In this document: positions 30,937 through 40,525 of the stretch, piece by piece
Position numbering within the stretch: the first letter of the stretch is position 1
Layout: every line of letters begins with the position of its first letter
Source: a virus
Lineage: Duplodnaviria; Heunggongvirae; Uroviricota; Caudoviricetes
Length of the DNA: 64,000 nt
IMG/VR virus record: IMGVR_UViG_651053022_000004
Location: 14,440-78,439 of that record
Direction: 5' to 3' (one strand)
Program-made: the position numbers and the translations under genes
The notes under the pieces: generated by a model
What the model saw: the letters and a program-made list of their open reading frames with translations, nothing else
Told to the model about the DNA's origin: nothing
Database searches by the model: none

Positions 30937-33900
30937 ATGGCGACGTTACGTGAACTGATTATCAAAATTTCGGCAAATTCGCAGTCATTCCAGTCGGAGA
31001 TCCAGCGGGCTTCCCGCATGGGCAGTGAATATTACCGGACCCTGCAGAATGGCGGGCGTCAGGCTGCCGCAGTCGCCCGGGTGCAGCGACGCGCCCTGGC
31101 TGAGCTGAACAGCCAGTTGACGGAAATCCGCGCTTCAGCTGCCGGAACGGCGGGGGCATTTGCAGGTGCCTTTGCCACCGGACACCTGATTTCTCTGGCC
31201 GATGAATGGAGTTCCGTGAATGCCCGACTGAAACAGGCGTCGCAGTCATCCGATGAATTTTCGTCATCACAGAAAGTGCTGATGGATATCAGCCAGCGGA
31301 CGGGCACGGCATTTTCAGATAATGCGGCCCTGTTTGCCCGCTCGGCAGCCTCAATGCGTGAATATGGTTACAGTGCTGATGATGTGCTGAAGGTGACGGA
31401 GGCCATTTCCACGGGGCTGAAAATCTCCGGTGCCAGTACGGCAGAGGCGGGCTCGGTGATCACCCAGTTCAGCCAGGCGCTGGCACAGGGTGTGTTACGC
31501 GGTGAGGAATTTAATTCGGTCAATGAAAGCGGAGACCGGATCGTACGTGCACTGGCTGCGGGTATGGGCGTGGCCCGTAAAGACCTTAAGGCGATGGCGG
31601 ACGACGGCAAACTGACGGCGGATAAAGTCGTTCCTGCGTTAATCAGCCAGCTGGGGGTATTGCGTGATGAATATGCCGCCATGCCGGAAACGGTCTCTGA
31701 CGGGATCACAAAGGTGGAAAACGCCTTTATGGCCTGGGTGGGTGGCGCGAATGAAGCCAGCGGAGCGACGAAAACGCTCTCCGGCGTGCTGAACGGTGTT
31801 GCCGGTAATATTGATAATGTGGCAACAGCCGCGGGGGCGCTGGTTGCCGTCGGGGTTGCCCGGTACTTTGGCAATATGGCCTCCGGAGCGGTGTCTGCCA
31901 CGGCAGGACTTGTGACGGCAGCACGTAATGAAGTGGCACTGGCGGAAGCACAGCTCAGGGGGACGCAGATTGCCACGGCGCGGGCAAGGGCAGCCGTGTA
32001 CCGTGCACAGCAGGCTGTGGCGGCAGCCCGCGGGACGGAGATGCAGATTGCTGCAGAAGCCCGTCTGGCGGCCACACAGGAACGCCTGAACAGAAATATT
32101 GCTGCCAGAACCGCAGCCCAGAATGAGCTGAACAGTACAACGGCGGTGGGCTCACGTCTGATGACTGGTGCGTTGGGACTGGTTGGTGGCGTACCCGGAC
32201 TGGTGATGCTGGGGGCAGCAGCATGGTATACGCTGTACCAGAATCAGGAGCAGGCCAGGGAGTCAGCGCGCCAGTATGCACTGACGATAGATGAAATCGC
32301 GCATAAAACGCCGTCAATGTCTTTGCCTGAAGCCTCAGATAATGAAGGACGAACACGGGCGGCGCTGGCAGAGCAGAACCGGCTGATTGATGAACAGGCC
32401 AGCCGGGTGAAATCCCTGCAGGAAAAAATCGCTGGATATCAGTATGTTCTGGCTAACCCTGGCTGGACAACCGGTGACGGATTCATGATAAACCATCTGA
32501 CATCGGTGAAGACCGTGACGGAAGGGCTTTCTCAGGCAACAGAGCAGCTTGCCGTTGAGCAGTCCCGTCTGGCACAGATGCAGGAAAAAGCGCAGTCCAT
32601 TCAGGATGTGCTTGCCGGGCTGGAAGACCGTCGTGTGGCGTTAATTCGTCAGCAGGCGGCAGAGCAGAATAAGGTGTACCAGTCCATGCTGGTTATGAAC
32701 GGTCAGCATACGGAATTCAACCGTCTGCTGGGGCTGGGGAATGAACTGCTTCAGCAGCGTCAGGGACTGGTGAATGTACCGTTACGGCTGCCGCAGGCCA
32801 CCCTGGATGATAAACAGCAGAGCGCCCTGACAAAAACAGAACGTGAGCTGGCCCTGTCCCGACTGAAGGGGGAGGAAAAAGAGCGTGCCCGGCTGGGGTA
32901 TGCGGCGGATGACCTTGGTTTTGTGGGGGATTCGTATCAGGAGGCGAGACAGCGTTATATCAGTAATGCTCTGGAAGCCTGGCGTAATAACGAGGCGAAC
33001 AAACCTAAATCCCGGGGTGGAAAATCAGAGACGGAAAAAGCGGAAGACAGTTTTTCCCGGCTACTGAAGCAGCAGAAAGAGCAACTGGCACTGGCGGGTC
33101 AGAATACAGAGCTGGCGAAGCTGAAGTACCAGACTGCGCAGGGCGAACTGAAAACCCTGACGGAGATGCAGAAGCAGGAACTGCTGCGTAACGCGGCCCT
33201 GATTGACCAGCAAAAAATCCGGGAACAGTTGCGATCCCGGGAAGAGACCCTGAAGAATGATAATGTGGCTGCGCGTGCATCAAATGAAGCTGAACTGCTG
33301 GGATACGGGCAGGGAGAACGAGCCAGGGAACGCATGCGGGAGTTGCAGCAGATCCGTGACAGCTTCCGCCAGAAGGATGCGGACCTTCAGTCTCAGTATC
33401 AGACCGGGGATATCAGTGAGGATTTTTACAGACAGGCACGGGCACAGAACGCGCAGTATCTGAGCGAACGCCTTAAGGACCAGGCAGCCTTTTATGCCGA
33501 ATCGGATGCGCAGCGTGCGGACTGGCAGAAAGGCTTGCAGGAGGGGCTCAGTAACTGGGTGGACAATGCATCCGATTACGCCTCACAGGCAGCACAGCTT
33601 GCGACGGAGGGTATCTCAGGGATGGTGAATAACATCACGGAGATGCTGAACGGAAACAAAGTGGAATGGCGCAACTGGGCCTCATCCGTACTGCAGGAAA
33701 TCTCAAAAGTTCTTATGAATGCTGCGATTGTCAACGGAATTAAGACGGCGGCAAACGGTATGTCCGGTGCGGGAGGATTTATTGGCAGCATTGGTGACTG
33801 GCTGGGCGGTGCGGTGGCCAATGCAAAAGGCGGCGTGTATACCTCGGCAAACCTGAGTGCGTACAGCAACAGCATTGTGGACACGCCCACGTACTTTGCG

Positions 33901-34179
33901 TTTGCAAAAGGGGCCGGGCTGATGGGGGAAGCCGGACCTGAAGCCATTATGCCCCTGACCCGGGCGGCGGATGGCTCGCTGGGCGTACGCGCGGTGGGCA
34001 GTATGAACGGCAGTGCCGGTCTGGTGTATTCCCCGGTCTACCACATCGCCATTCAGAATGACGGGGCTAACGGACAGATAGGGGCGGAGGCGGCAGGCAG
34101 TCTTGTGCAGCTGATTGACCAGCGGGTGCAGGCGGTGATGCTGTCCATGCGACGTGACGGAGGAATGCTGAGTGGCTGA
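30937..34179 (+). CDS. tail tape measure protein
   Basis: 1080 aa, Ala/Gln-rich coiled-coil composition; about 85% identical to 48502..51735; C-terminus GPEAIMPLTRAADGSLGVRAVG. Confidence 0.9.
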   Translation: MATLRELIIKISANSQSFQSEIQRASRMGSEYYRTLQNGGRQAAAVARVQRRALAELNSQLTEIRASAAGTAGAFAGAFATGHLISLADEWSSVNARLKQASQSSDEFSSSQKVLMDISQRTGTAFSDNAALFARSAASMREYGYSADDVLKVTEAISTGLKISGASTAEAGSVITQFSQALAQGVLRGEEFNSVNESGDRIVRALAAGMGVARKDLKAMADDGKLTADKVVPALISQLGVLRDEYAAMPETVSDGITKVENAFMAWVGGANEASGATKTLSGVLNGVAGNIDNVATAAGALVAVGVARYFGNMASGAVSATAGLVTAARNEVALAEAQLRGTQIATARARAAVYRAQQAVAAARGTEMQIAAEARLAATQERLNRNIAARTAAQNELNSTTAVGSRLMTGALGLVGGVPGLVMLGAAAWYTLYQNQEQARESARQYALTIDEIAHKTPSMSLPEASDNEGRTRAALAEQNRLIDEQASRVKSLQEKIAGYQYVLANPGWTTGDGFMINHLTSVKTVTEGLSQATEQLAVEQSRLAQMQEKAQSIQDVLAGLEDRRVALIRQQAAEQNKVYQSMLVMNGQHTEFNRLLGLGNELLQQRQGLVNVPLRLPQATLDDKQQSALTKTERELALSRLKGEEKERARLGYAADDLGFVGDSYQEARQRYISNALEAWRNNEANKPKSRGGKSETEKAEDSFSRLLKQQKEQLALAGQNTELAKLKYQTAQGELKTLTEMQKQELLRNAALIDQQKIREQLRSREETLKNDNVAARASNEAELLGYGQGERARERMRELQQIRDSFRQKDADLQSQYQTGDISEDFYRQARAQNAQYLSERLKDQAAFYAESDAQRADWQKGLQEGLSNWVDNASDYASQAAQLATEGISGMVNNITEMLNGNKVEWRNWASSVLQEISKVLMNAAIVNGIKTAANGMSGAGGFIGSIGDWLGGAVANAKGGVYTSANLSAYSNSIVDTPTYFAFAKGAGLMGEAGPEAIMPLTRAADGSLGVRAVGSMNGSAGLVYSPVYHIAIQNDGANGQIGAEAAGSLVQLIDQRVQAVMLSMRRDGGMLSG

Positions 34180-34513
34180 GATAAAAACGCTGCATCTGGT
34201 CCCGCGTGAAGGGATGCAGGTGAGTGAGAAACCGTCGGTGGTGAGGGTTCGGTTTGGTGACGGTTATGAACAGCGCCGACCGACGGGACTTAATGCCAGA
34301 CTGAAGACGTTTCAGGCGGTGTTCCGGGTGACGGATGAACCAACCCGGCGCTGGCTGGATGAATTTTTATCGTGGCATGGTGGTTACCGTGCCTTTTTGT
34401 GGCGACCGCCGAAACATAACCTGACGGTGAGGGTGGTGTGCCGGGAGTGGAGCGTCACAGATAACGCCAGGCACAGTGATTTCAGTTGTACGATTGAGCA
34501 GGTGGTGAACTGA
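34172..34513 (+). CDS. minor tail protein M-like
   Basis: 113 aa; VRFGDGYEQRRP...FLWRPP motif as in lambda gpM; GTG start overlapping the TMP stop. Confidence 0.88.
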   Translation: MAEIKTLHLVPREGMQVSEKPSVVRVRFGDGYEQRRPTGLNARLKTFQAVFRVTDEPTRRWLDEFLSWHGGYRAFLWRPPKHNLTVRVVCREWSVTDNARHSDFSCTIEQVVN

Positions 34514-35211
34514 TGCAGGATATTCGCGAAGAAAGTCTGAACGAGTCGGTTAAGTCAGAGCAGTCACCGCGGGTGGTACTCTGGGAAATCGACCTGACGG
34601 TACAGGGCGGTGAGCGGTATTTTTTCTGTAATGAGCTGAATGAAAAAGGGGAGCCGGTCACCTGGCAGGGGCGGCAATATCAGGCATACCCGATTGACGG
34701 CAGCGGTTTTGAGATGAGCGGGAAGGGCAGCAGTGCCAGACCGTCGCTGACGGTGTCCAATCTGTTCGGTCTGGTCACCGGGATGGCGGAAGACCTGCAG
34801 AGTCTGGTGGGGGCCACGGTGGTCCGCCGCCGGGTGTATGCCCGTTTTCTGGATGCGGTGAATTTCGTTGCGGGCAATCCGGAGGCGGACCCGGAGCAGG
34901 AGCTGAGTGACCGCTGGGTGGTGGAGCAGATGTCGCAGCTGACAGCCATGACGGCCTCGTTTGTGCTGGCTACACCGACCGAGACGGATGGGGCGCTGTT
35001 TCCCGGTCGCATCATGCTGGCGAACACCTGTATGTGGGATTACCGGGGAGATGAATGCGGGTATAACGGTCCTGCGGTGGCGGATGAGTTCGACAACCCC
35101 ACCACGGATATCCGTAAGGACAGATGCAGCAAGTGCATGCGCGGGTGTGAACTGCGCAGGAATGTCGGCAATTTTGGCGGTTTCCTTTCCATTAATAAAC
35201 TTTCGCAGTAA
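34513..35211 (+). CDS. minor tail protein L-like
   Basis: 232 aa; about 85% identical to the lambda-like L at 14499. Confidence 0.9.
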   Translation: MQDIREESLNESVKSEQSPRVVLWEIDLTVQGGERYFFCNELNEKGEPVTWQGRQYQAYPIDGSGFEMSGKGSSARPSLTVSNLFGLVTGMAEDLQSLVGATVVRRRVYARFLDAVNFVAGNPEADPEQELSDRWVVEQMSQLTAMTASFVLATPTETDGALFPGRIMLANTCMWDYRGDECGYNGPAVADEFDNPTTDIRKDRCSKCMRGCELRRNVGNFGGFLSINKLSQ

Positions 35212-35221
35212 ATCCCGGTTT

Positions 35222-35965
35222 ATGACACAGACTGAATCAGCGATTCTGGCGCATGCCCGGCGGTGTGCGCCTGCGGAGTCGTGCGGCTTCGTGATAAGCA
35301 CGTCGGAGGGGGAGTGGTATATCCCTTGTGTGAATATTTCTGCAGAGCCGGAGGCGTATTTTCGTATCGCACCGGAAGACTGGCTGCGGGCAGAGATGCA
35401 GGGGGAGATTGTGGCACTGGTCCACAGTCATCCCGGTGGGCTGCCCTGGCTGAGCGAGGCTGACCGGCGGCTGCAGATAAAAAGCGCACTGCCCTGGTGG
35501 CTGGTCTGCCGGGGTGACATTCACAAATTCCGCTGTGTGCCACATCTGACAGGACGGCGCTTTGAGCACGGGGTGACGGACTGTTACACGCTGTTCCGGG
35601 ATGCTTATCATCTGGCGGGGACTGAAATGCCGGATTTTCATCGCGAGGATGACTGGTGGCGCAACGGTCAGAACCTTTACCTGGACAATATGGCGGTCAC
35701 CGGCTTTTACCGGGTGCCCCTGTCCTCTGCACAGGCGGGCGATATTCTGCTGTGCTGCTTTGGTGCTTCGGTACCGAACCATGCCGCCATTTACTGCGGC
35801 AACGGTGAGCTGCTTCACCATCTGCCTGAACAACTGAGTAAACGGGAGAGGTATTCCGAAAAATGGCAACGACGAACGCATTCTGTCTGGCGTCACCGCC
35901 ACTGGCACGCATCTGCCTTCACGGGGATTTACAACGATTTGGCCGCCGCCTCAGCCTGTATGTGA
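35222..35965 (+). CDS. tail tip protein K-like (JAB/MPN + NlpC/P60)
   Basis: 247 aa from ATG 35222, intact through ...YNDLAAASACM; HSHPGG JAB motif and C-terminal Cys/His region. Confidence 0.9.
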   Translation: MTQTESAILAHARRCAPAESCGFVISTSEGEWYIPCVNISAEPEAYFRIAPEDWLRAEMQGEIVALVHSHPGGLPWLSEADRRLQIKSALPWWLVCRGDIHKFRCVPHLTGRRFEHGVTDCYTLFRDAYHLAGTEMPDFHREDDWWRNGQNLYLDNMAVTGFYRVPLSSAQAGDILLCCFGASVPNHAAIYCGNGELLHHLPEQLSKRERYSEKWQRRTHSVWRHRHWHASAFTGIYNDLAAASACM

Positions 35966-36543
35966 ACACGGCAGCGGAAGCCATCCGGGCGCTGTCGTTA
36001 CAGGTGCCGGGCTTTCGCCGTCAGATGAACGAAGGCTGGTACCAGATACGTATTGCCGGTTATGACACGGCACCGGAGGCGGTGTACGCCCGTCTTCACG
36101 AACAGCTGGGTGAGGGAACGGTCATCCATATTGTGCCGCGACTGGCCGGGGCCGGAAAGGGTGGACTGCAGATTGTGCTGGGGGCGGCAGCCATCGTGGG
36201 CTCTTTCTTCACTGCCGGGGCATCAATGGCGTTATGGGGTTCAGCCCTGGCAGCCGGTGGTTTTTCTGCCACCACGATGCTGTTTTCACTTGGAGCCAGC
36301 ATGATTCTGGGCGGTGTGGCCCAGATGCTGGCCCCGAAGGCAAAAACACCGGATTACCGCGCAACGGATAACGGCAGACAGAACACGTACTTTTCCTCGC
36401 TGGATAACATGATTGCCCAGGGGAACCCGATGCCGGTGCCTTACGGGGAAATGCTGGTTGGCTCCCGCCGTATATCCCAGGACATCAGCACCCGTGATGA
36501 AGGCGGGGGCGGAACGGTCGTGGTTATCGGGCGACAGGGATAA
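35863..36543 (+). CDS. tail assembly protein I-like
   Basis: 226 aa; ARICLHGDLQRFGRRL...GGVAQMLAPKAKTP...NTYFSSLDNM as in lambda gpI. Confidence 0.85.
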   Translation: MATTNAFCLASPPLARICLHGDLQRFGRRLSLYVNTAAEAIRALSLQVPGFRRQMNEGWYQIRIAGYDTAPEAVYARLHEQLGEGTVIHIVPRLAGAGKGGLQIVLGAAAIVGSFFTAGASMALWGSALAAGGFSATTMLFSLGASMILGGVAQMLAPKAKTPDYRATDNGRQNTYFSSLDNMIAQGNPMPVPYGEMLVGSRRISQDISTRDEGGGGTVVVIGRQG

Positions 36544-36885
36544 AACATAAAAAAATCCCGCAGTGATCGCGGAGCTGCGGGGACAGACAAATGAAGATCA
36601 ATGTTAAGGAGTTGTTTTTGTTACTCGGGCAAAAAAACACTAACGCAGCGAAATTATAAGCGCCACAGTCAGTGTGTGAAAATGTGAAGATATTCAGAAT
36701 TTTTATGCCATTACCGGTTTTAACCAACAGGATTATCGGTGGGCATGAAAGAAAACCCCGGTATCTGCTGATACCGGGGTTTCTCTTTAGCATGGCAGAA
36801 ATGTGTTTCATGCTTTTCGGGCGAAGGATATCCGACTTCTGTACGGAATGGCAAGTGGCGGTTAATTTATTCAGGGGAAGGCTGT

Positions 36886-39078
36886 ATGGGAAAAGGTGGC
36901 GGTAAGGCACACACGCCTCGTGAGGCGAAGGATAATCTCAAATCCACGCAGATGATGAGCGTGATTGATGCGATTGGTGAGGGACCGATAGAAGGTCCGG
37001 TGAAGGGACTGCAGAGTATTCTGGTGAACAAAACCCCACTGACGGACACGGACGGCAATCCCGTGATACACGGTGTGACGGCGGTCTGGCGCGCCGGGGA
37101 GCAGGAGCAGACACCACCGGAAGGCTTTGAGTCCTCCGGAGCTGAAACCGGACTGGGCGTGGAAGTGACGAAGGCAAAACCGGTGACGCGCACCATTACG
37201 TCCGCGAACATTGACCGCCTGCGGGTTACCTTCGGGGTGCAGTCACTGGTGGAGACCACCTCAAAGGGTGACCGTAACCCGGCATCCGTCCGCCTGCTGA
37301 TTCAGTTACAGCGTAACGGTAACTGGGTGACAGAAAAGGACGTCACCATTAACGGCAAGACCACCTCACAGTTCCTGGCCTCGGTGATTCTGGATAATCT
37401 GCCTCCCCGGCCCTTTAACATCCGGATGGTCAGGGAGACGGCGGACAGCACCACGGACCAGCTGCAGAATAAGACGCTGTGGTCGTCATACACCGAAATC
37501 ATCGATGTGAAACAGTGCTACCCGAACACGGCCATTGTGGGGCTGCAGGTGGATGCGGAGCAGTTCGGCGGCCAGCAGATGACGGTGAACTACCATATCC
37601 GCGGTCGCATCATCCAGGTGCCGTCAAACTATGACCCGGAAAAACGCACGTATAGTGGTATCTGGGACGGCAGTCTGAAACCGGCATACAGCAACAACCC
37701 GGCCTGGTGTCTGTGGGACATGCTGACTCACCCGCGCTACGGCATGGGAAAACGTCTGGGGGCGGCGGATGTGGACAAGTGGGCGCTGTATGCCATCGGG
37801 CAGTACTGCGACCAGACGGTCCCGGATGGTTTCGGGGGGACCGAGCCGCGGATGACCTTTAATGCGTACCTGGCACAACAGCGTAAGGCGTGGGACGTTC
37901 TCAGTGATTTCTGCTCTGCGATGCGCTGTATGCCGGTATGGAACGGTCAGACGCTGACGTTCGTTCAGGACCGCCCGTCGGATGTGGTGTGGCCGTACAC
38001 CAACAGCGATGTGGTGGTGGATGATAACGGCGTGGGATTCCGCTACAGCTTCAGTGCCCTGAAGGACCGGCACACGGCGGTGGAGGTGAATTACACCGAC
38101 CCGCAGAACGGCTGGCAGACCTCCACGGAACTGGTGGAAGACCCGGAAGCCATACTGCGCTACGGACGCAACCTGCTGAAGATGGACGCGTTCGGCTGTA
38201 CCAGCCGCGGTCAGGCCCACCGTGCCGGACTGTGGGTGATAAAGACCGAACTGCTGGAAACGCAGACGGTGGATTTCACGCTCGGGTCTCAGGGGCTGCG
38301 GCACACACCCGGTGACATTATTGAAATCTGTGATAATGACTATGCCGGGACCCTGACCGGCGGACGTGTCCTGTCCATTGATGCTGCCACCCGCACCCTG
38401 ACGCTGGACCGTGAGGTTACCCTGCCGGAGACAGGTACATCGGCGGTGAACCTGATTAACGGCAGCGGTAAGCCGGTGAGTGTGGACATCACCGCACACC
38501 CCGCGCCGGACCGGATACAGGTCAGTACCCTGCCTGATGGTGTGGAGACATACGGGGTGTGGGGACTCTCCCTGCCGTCACTGCGCCGTCGCCTGTTCCG
38601 CTGTGTCTCCATCCGGGAAAACACGGACGGCACCTTTGCCATCACGGCGGTGCAGCACGTACCGGAAAAAGAAGCCATCGTGGATAACGGTGCCCGCTTT
38701 GAGCCGCAGTCAGGTTCCCTGAACAGCGTCATCCCACCGGCAGTGCAGCACCTGACGGTGGAGGTGAGCGCAGCTGACGGCCAGTATCTGGCGCAGGCGA
38801 AATGGGACACGCCGCGGGTGGTGAAGGGTGTGCGCTTCAGTCTGCGCCTGACCAGTGGTAAGGGAACGGATGCCAGACTGGTGACCACCGCCATCACCGC
38901 AGACACGGAGCACCGTTTCAGCGGCCTGCCGCTCGGGGAATACACCCTGACGGTGCGGGCGATAAACAGCTATGGCCAGCAGGGTGAACCTGCCACCACC
39001 ACCTTCCGGATTGCCGCACCGGCAGCACCGTCGCGGATTGAGCTGACGCCGGGCTATTTTCAGATAACTAAACGATAG
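36886..39078 (+). pseudogene. host specificity protein J, C-terminally truncated (730 aa, no receptor-binding domain)
   Basis: MGKGGGKAHTPREAKDNLKSTQMMSVIDAIGEGPIEGP... is colinear with lambda gpJ to ...[18 protein letters not shown], then KR-stop; the last ~400 aa of J are absent. Confidence 0.85.
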
Positions 39079-39401
39079 TTAAATGGATTGATGAAAATTA
39101 AAACTATATAGGTGGATGCTCAGCCTATCGGAGGTAGTCAGGATTTGAATGTCAGTCTGTTGTCGGCATTCTGGCAATGCAATTTGGATAAAGCGGGGAT
39201 TAAAAAGATAGAGGCGAGCCGGTCAGGTAGAAATGAATCAGGCTCAAAGTGAAGCGGAAAAGGTCTGTGGCACAAGCTGATGCAGCCATAATTACAGCCT
39301 GATGATTTGTGGAATGAAACATGTTGAACCTCCTTAATTGATGTTATTCGAGTGATGAAGGCATTCTGTCCTTCTATAGTGTCCAGTAAATCAAACAGGA
39401 A

Positions 39402-39423
39402 ACTTGTCCAACGTGTTGGACAA
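39402..39423. promoter_or_regulatory. 22-bp palindrome cttgtccaac-gt-gttggacaag upstream of the module-3 HNH/terminase genes
   Basis: Perfect 10-bp inverted arms with 2-bp spacer, in a 460-bp non-coding spacer. Confidence 0.4.
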
Positions 39424-39544
39424 GCCTCTCCATTAGTGAGTTGTATTGATCACAACTCTACAAAGAATTCATTACTGGGTAGATGAAAATAGTTTCACTA
39501 TGAATGGAGGAGGCTATGTCGGTGGCTTCTTCATTGGAGTACAT

Positions 39545-39895
39545 ATGCCCCCACGAATCCCACGCGCCTGCCGTAAGCGTGGATGTGCAGGTACAACCAC
39601 AGACAGTTCTGGTTACTGCGATAAACATCGTGGCGAAGGATGGGTACAGCATCAACGCGGACTGAGCCGCCACCAGCGTGGCTATGGCTCGAAATGGGAT
39701 GCCATACGTGCGCGCATACTGAAGCGTGATAATCATCTGTGTCAGAACTGCCTGCGCAATGGGAGAGCCGTTGAAGCCAGAACTGTGGACCACATCATTC
39801 CGAAAGCTCATGGTGGCACGGATGCAGACAGTAACCTGCAGAGTCTGTGCTGGCCCTGTCATAAAGCAAAAACAGCGCGCGAACGCATCAATTGA
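39545..39895 (+). CDS. HNH endonuclease (terminase-associated)
   Basis: 116 aa from ATG 39545 after GGAG; CxxC...HxxxxH...CWPCH motifs (CRKRGCAG...DHIIPKAHGGTDADSNLQSLCWPCH). Confidence 0.8.
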   Translation: MPPRIPRACRKRGCAGTTTDSSGYCDKHRGEGWVQHQRGLSRHQRGYGSKWDAIRARILKRDNHLCQNCLRNGRAVEARTVDHIIPKAHGGTDADSNLQSLCWPCHKAKTARERIN

Positions 39896-40042
39896 TAACA
39901 GTTCCCATCTGTAGGGGAGGGGCAGGCCAAATCTCTGCAACCCTGGCTGCTCAGTACCGCCGCCTGACCTTTCCTCGCATCGCCGCAGGTTCGAAAACTT
40001 TTTTTTGGAATGTGATTAAATGATTGATAGGTAAAACCGATT

Positions 40043-40525
40043 ATGTCTGGACCCCCGAAAACCCCGCCACGCCTGCATTTGATACGAGGCAACCCCTCAA
40101 AGCGGCCAGTTAAAGACCTCAAAAAAACCGCTAAAAAGGATGAAAAAGGTCTCCCTAAAATTCCGCAACATTTAGGGGCGCAGGGGAAGTACTGGTTCAG
40201 GCGAATGGCGGAAGAGCTGAATGCGGAAGGGATCATTTCTCAGCTTGATGCGCGTGCGCTTGAGCTACTGGTGGAAGCCTATACCGAATACCGGCATCAC
40301 TGCGAAACACTCGATGTTGAGGGGTACACCTACCGCTCGAAAACGCAGAACGGTGATGTGCTGATTAAGGCACACCCGGCTGCTGCGATGAAAGCGGATG
40401 CCTGGAAGCGGATCCGGGCGATGCTTGCAGAATTTGGTATGTCACCGGCAAGCCGGGCAAAAGTAAATACCGCCGGACCGGATAATGTTGATCCGCTGGC
40501 AGAGCTTTTAAAAGCGAGAGACTGA
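40043..40525 (+). CDS. terminase small subunit (P27 family)
   Basis: 160 aa; basic N-terminus, position directly before the large subunit gene. Confidence 0.8.
   Translation: MSGPPKTPPRLHLIRGNPSKRPVKDLKKTAKKDEKGLPKIPQHLGAQGKYWFRRMAEELNAEGIISQLDARALELLVEAYTEYRHHCETLDVEGYTYRSKTQNGDVLIKAHPAAAMKADAWKRIRAMLAEFGMSPASRAKVNTAGPDNVDPLAELLKARD

Noticed and set aside
36524-36910. ORFs in the I-J spacer of module 2 (36524..36910 minus, 36672..36905 plus)
   Set aside because: Low-complexity translations with no RBS; the region is more likely non-coding (see the hairpin finding).
39961-39990. tRNA-like T-loop motif (aggttcgaaaac)
   Set aside because: No acceptor stem or anticodon arm can be formed from the flanking sequence; no other tRNA-like region was found in the window.
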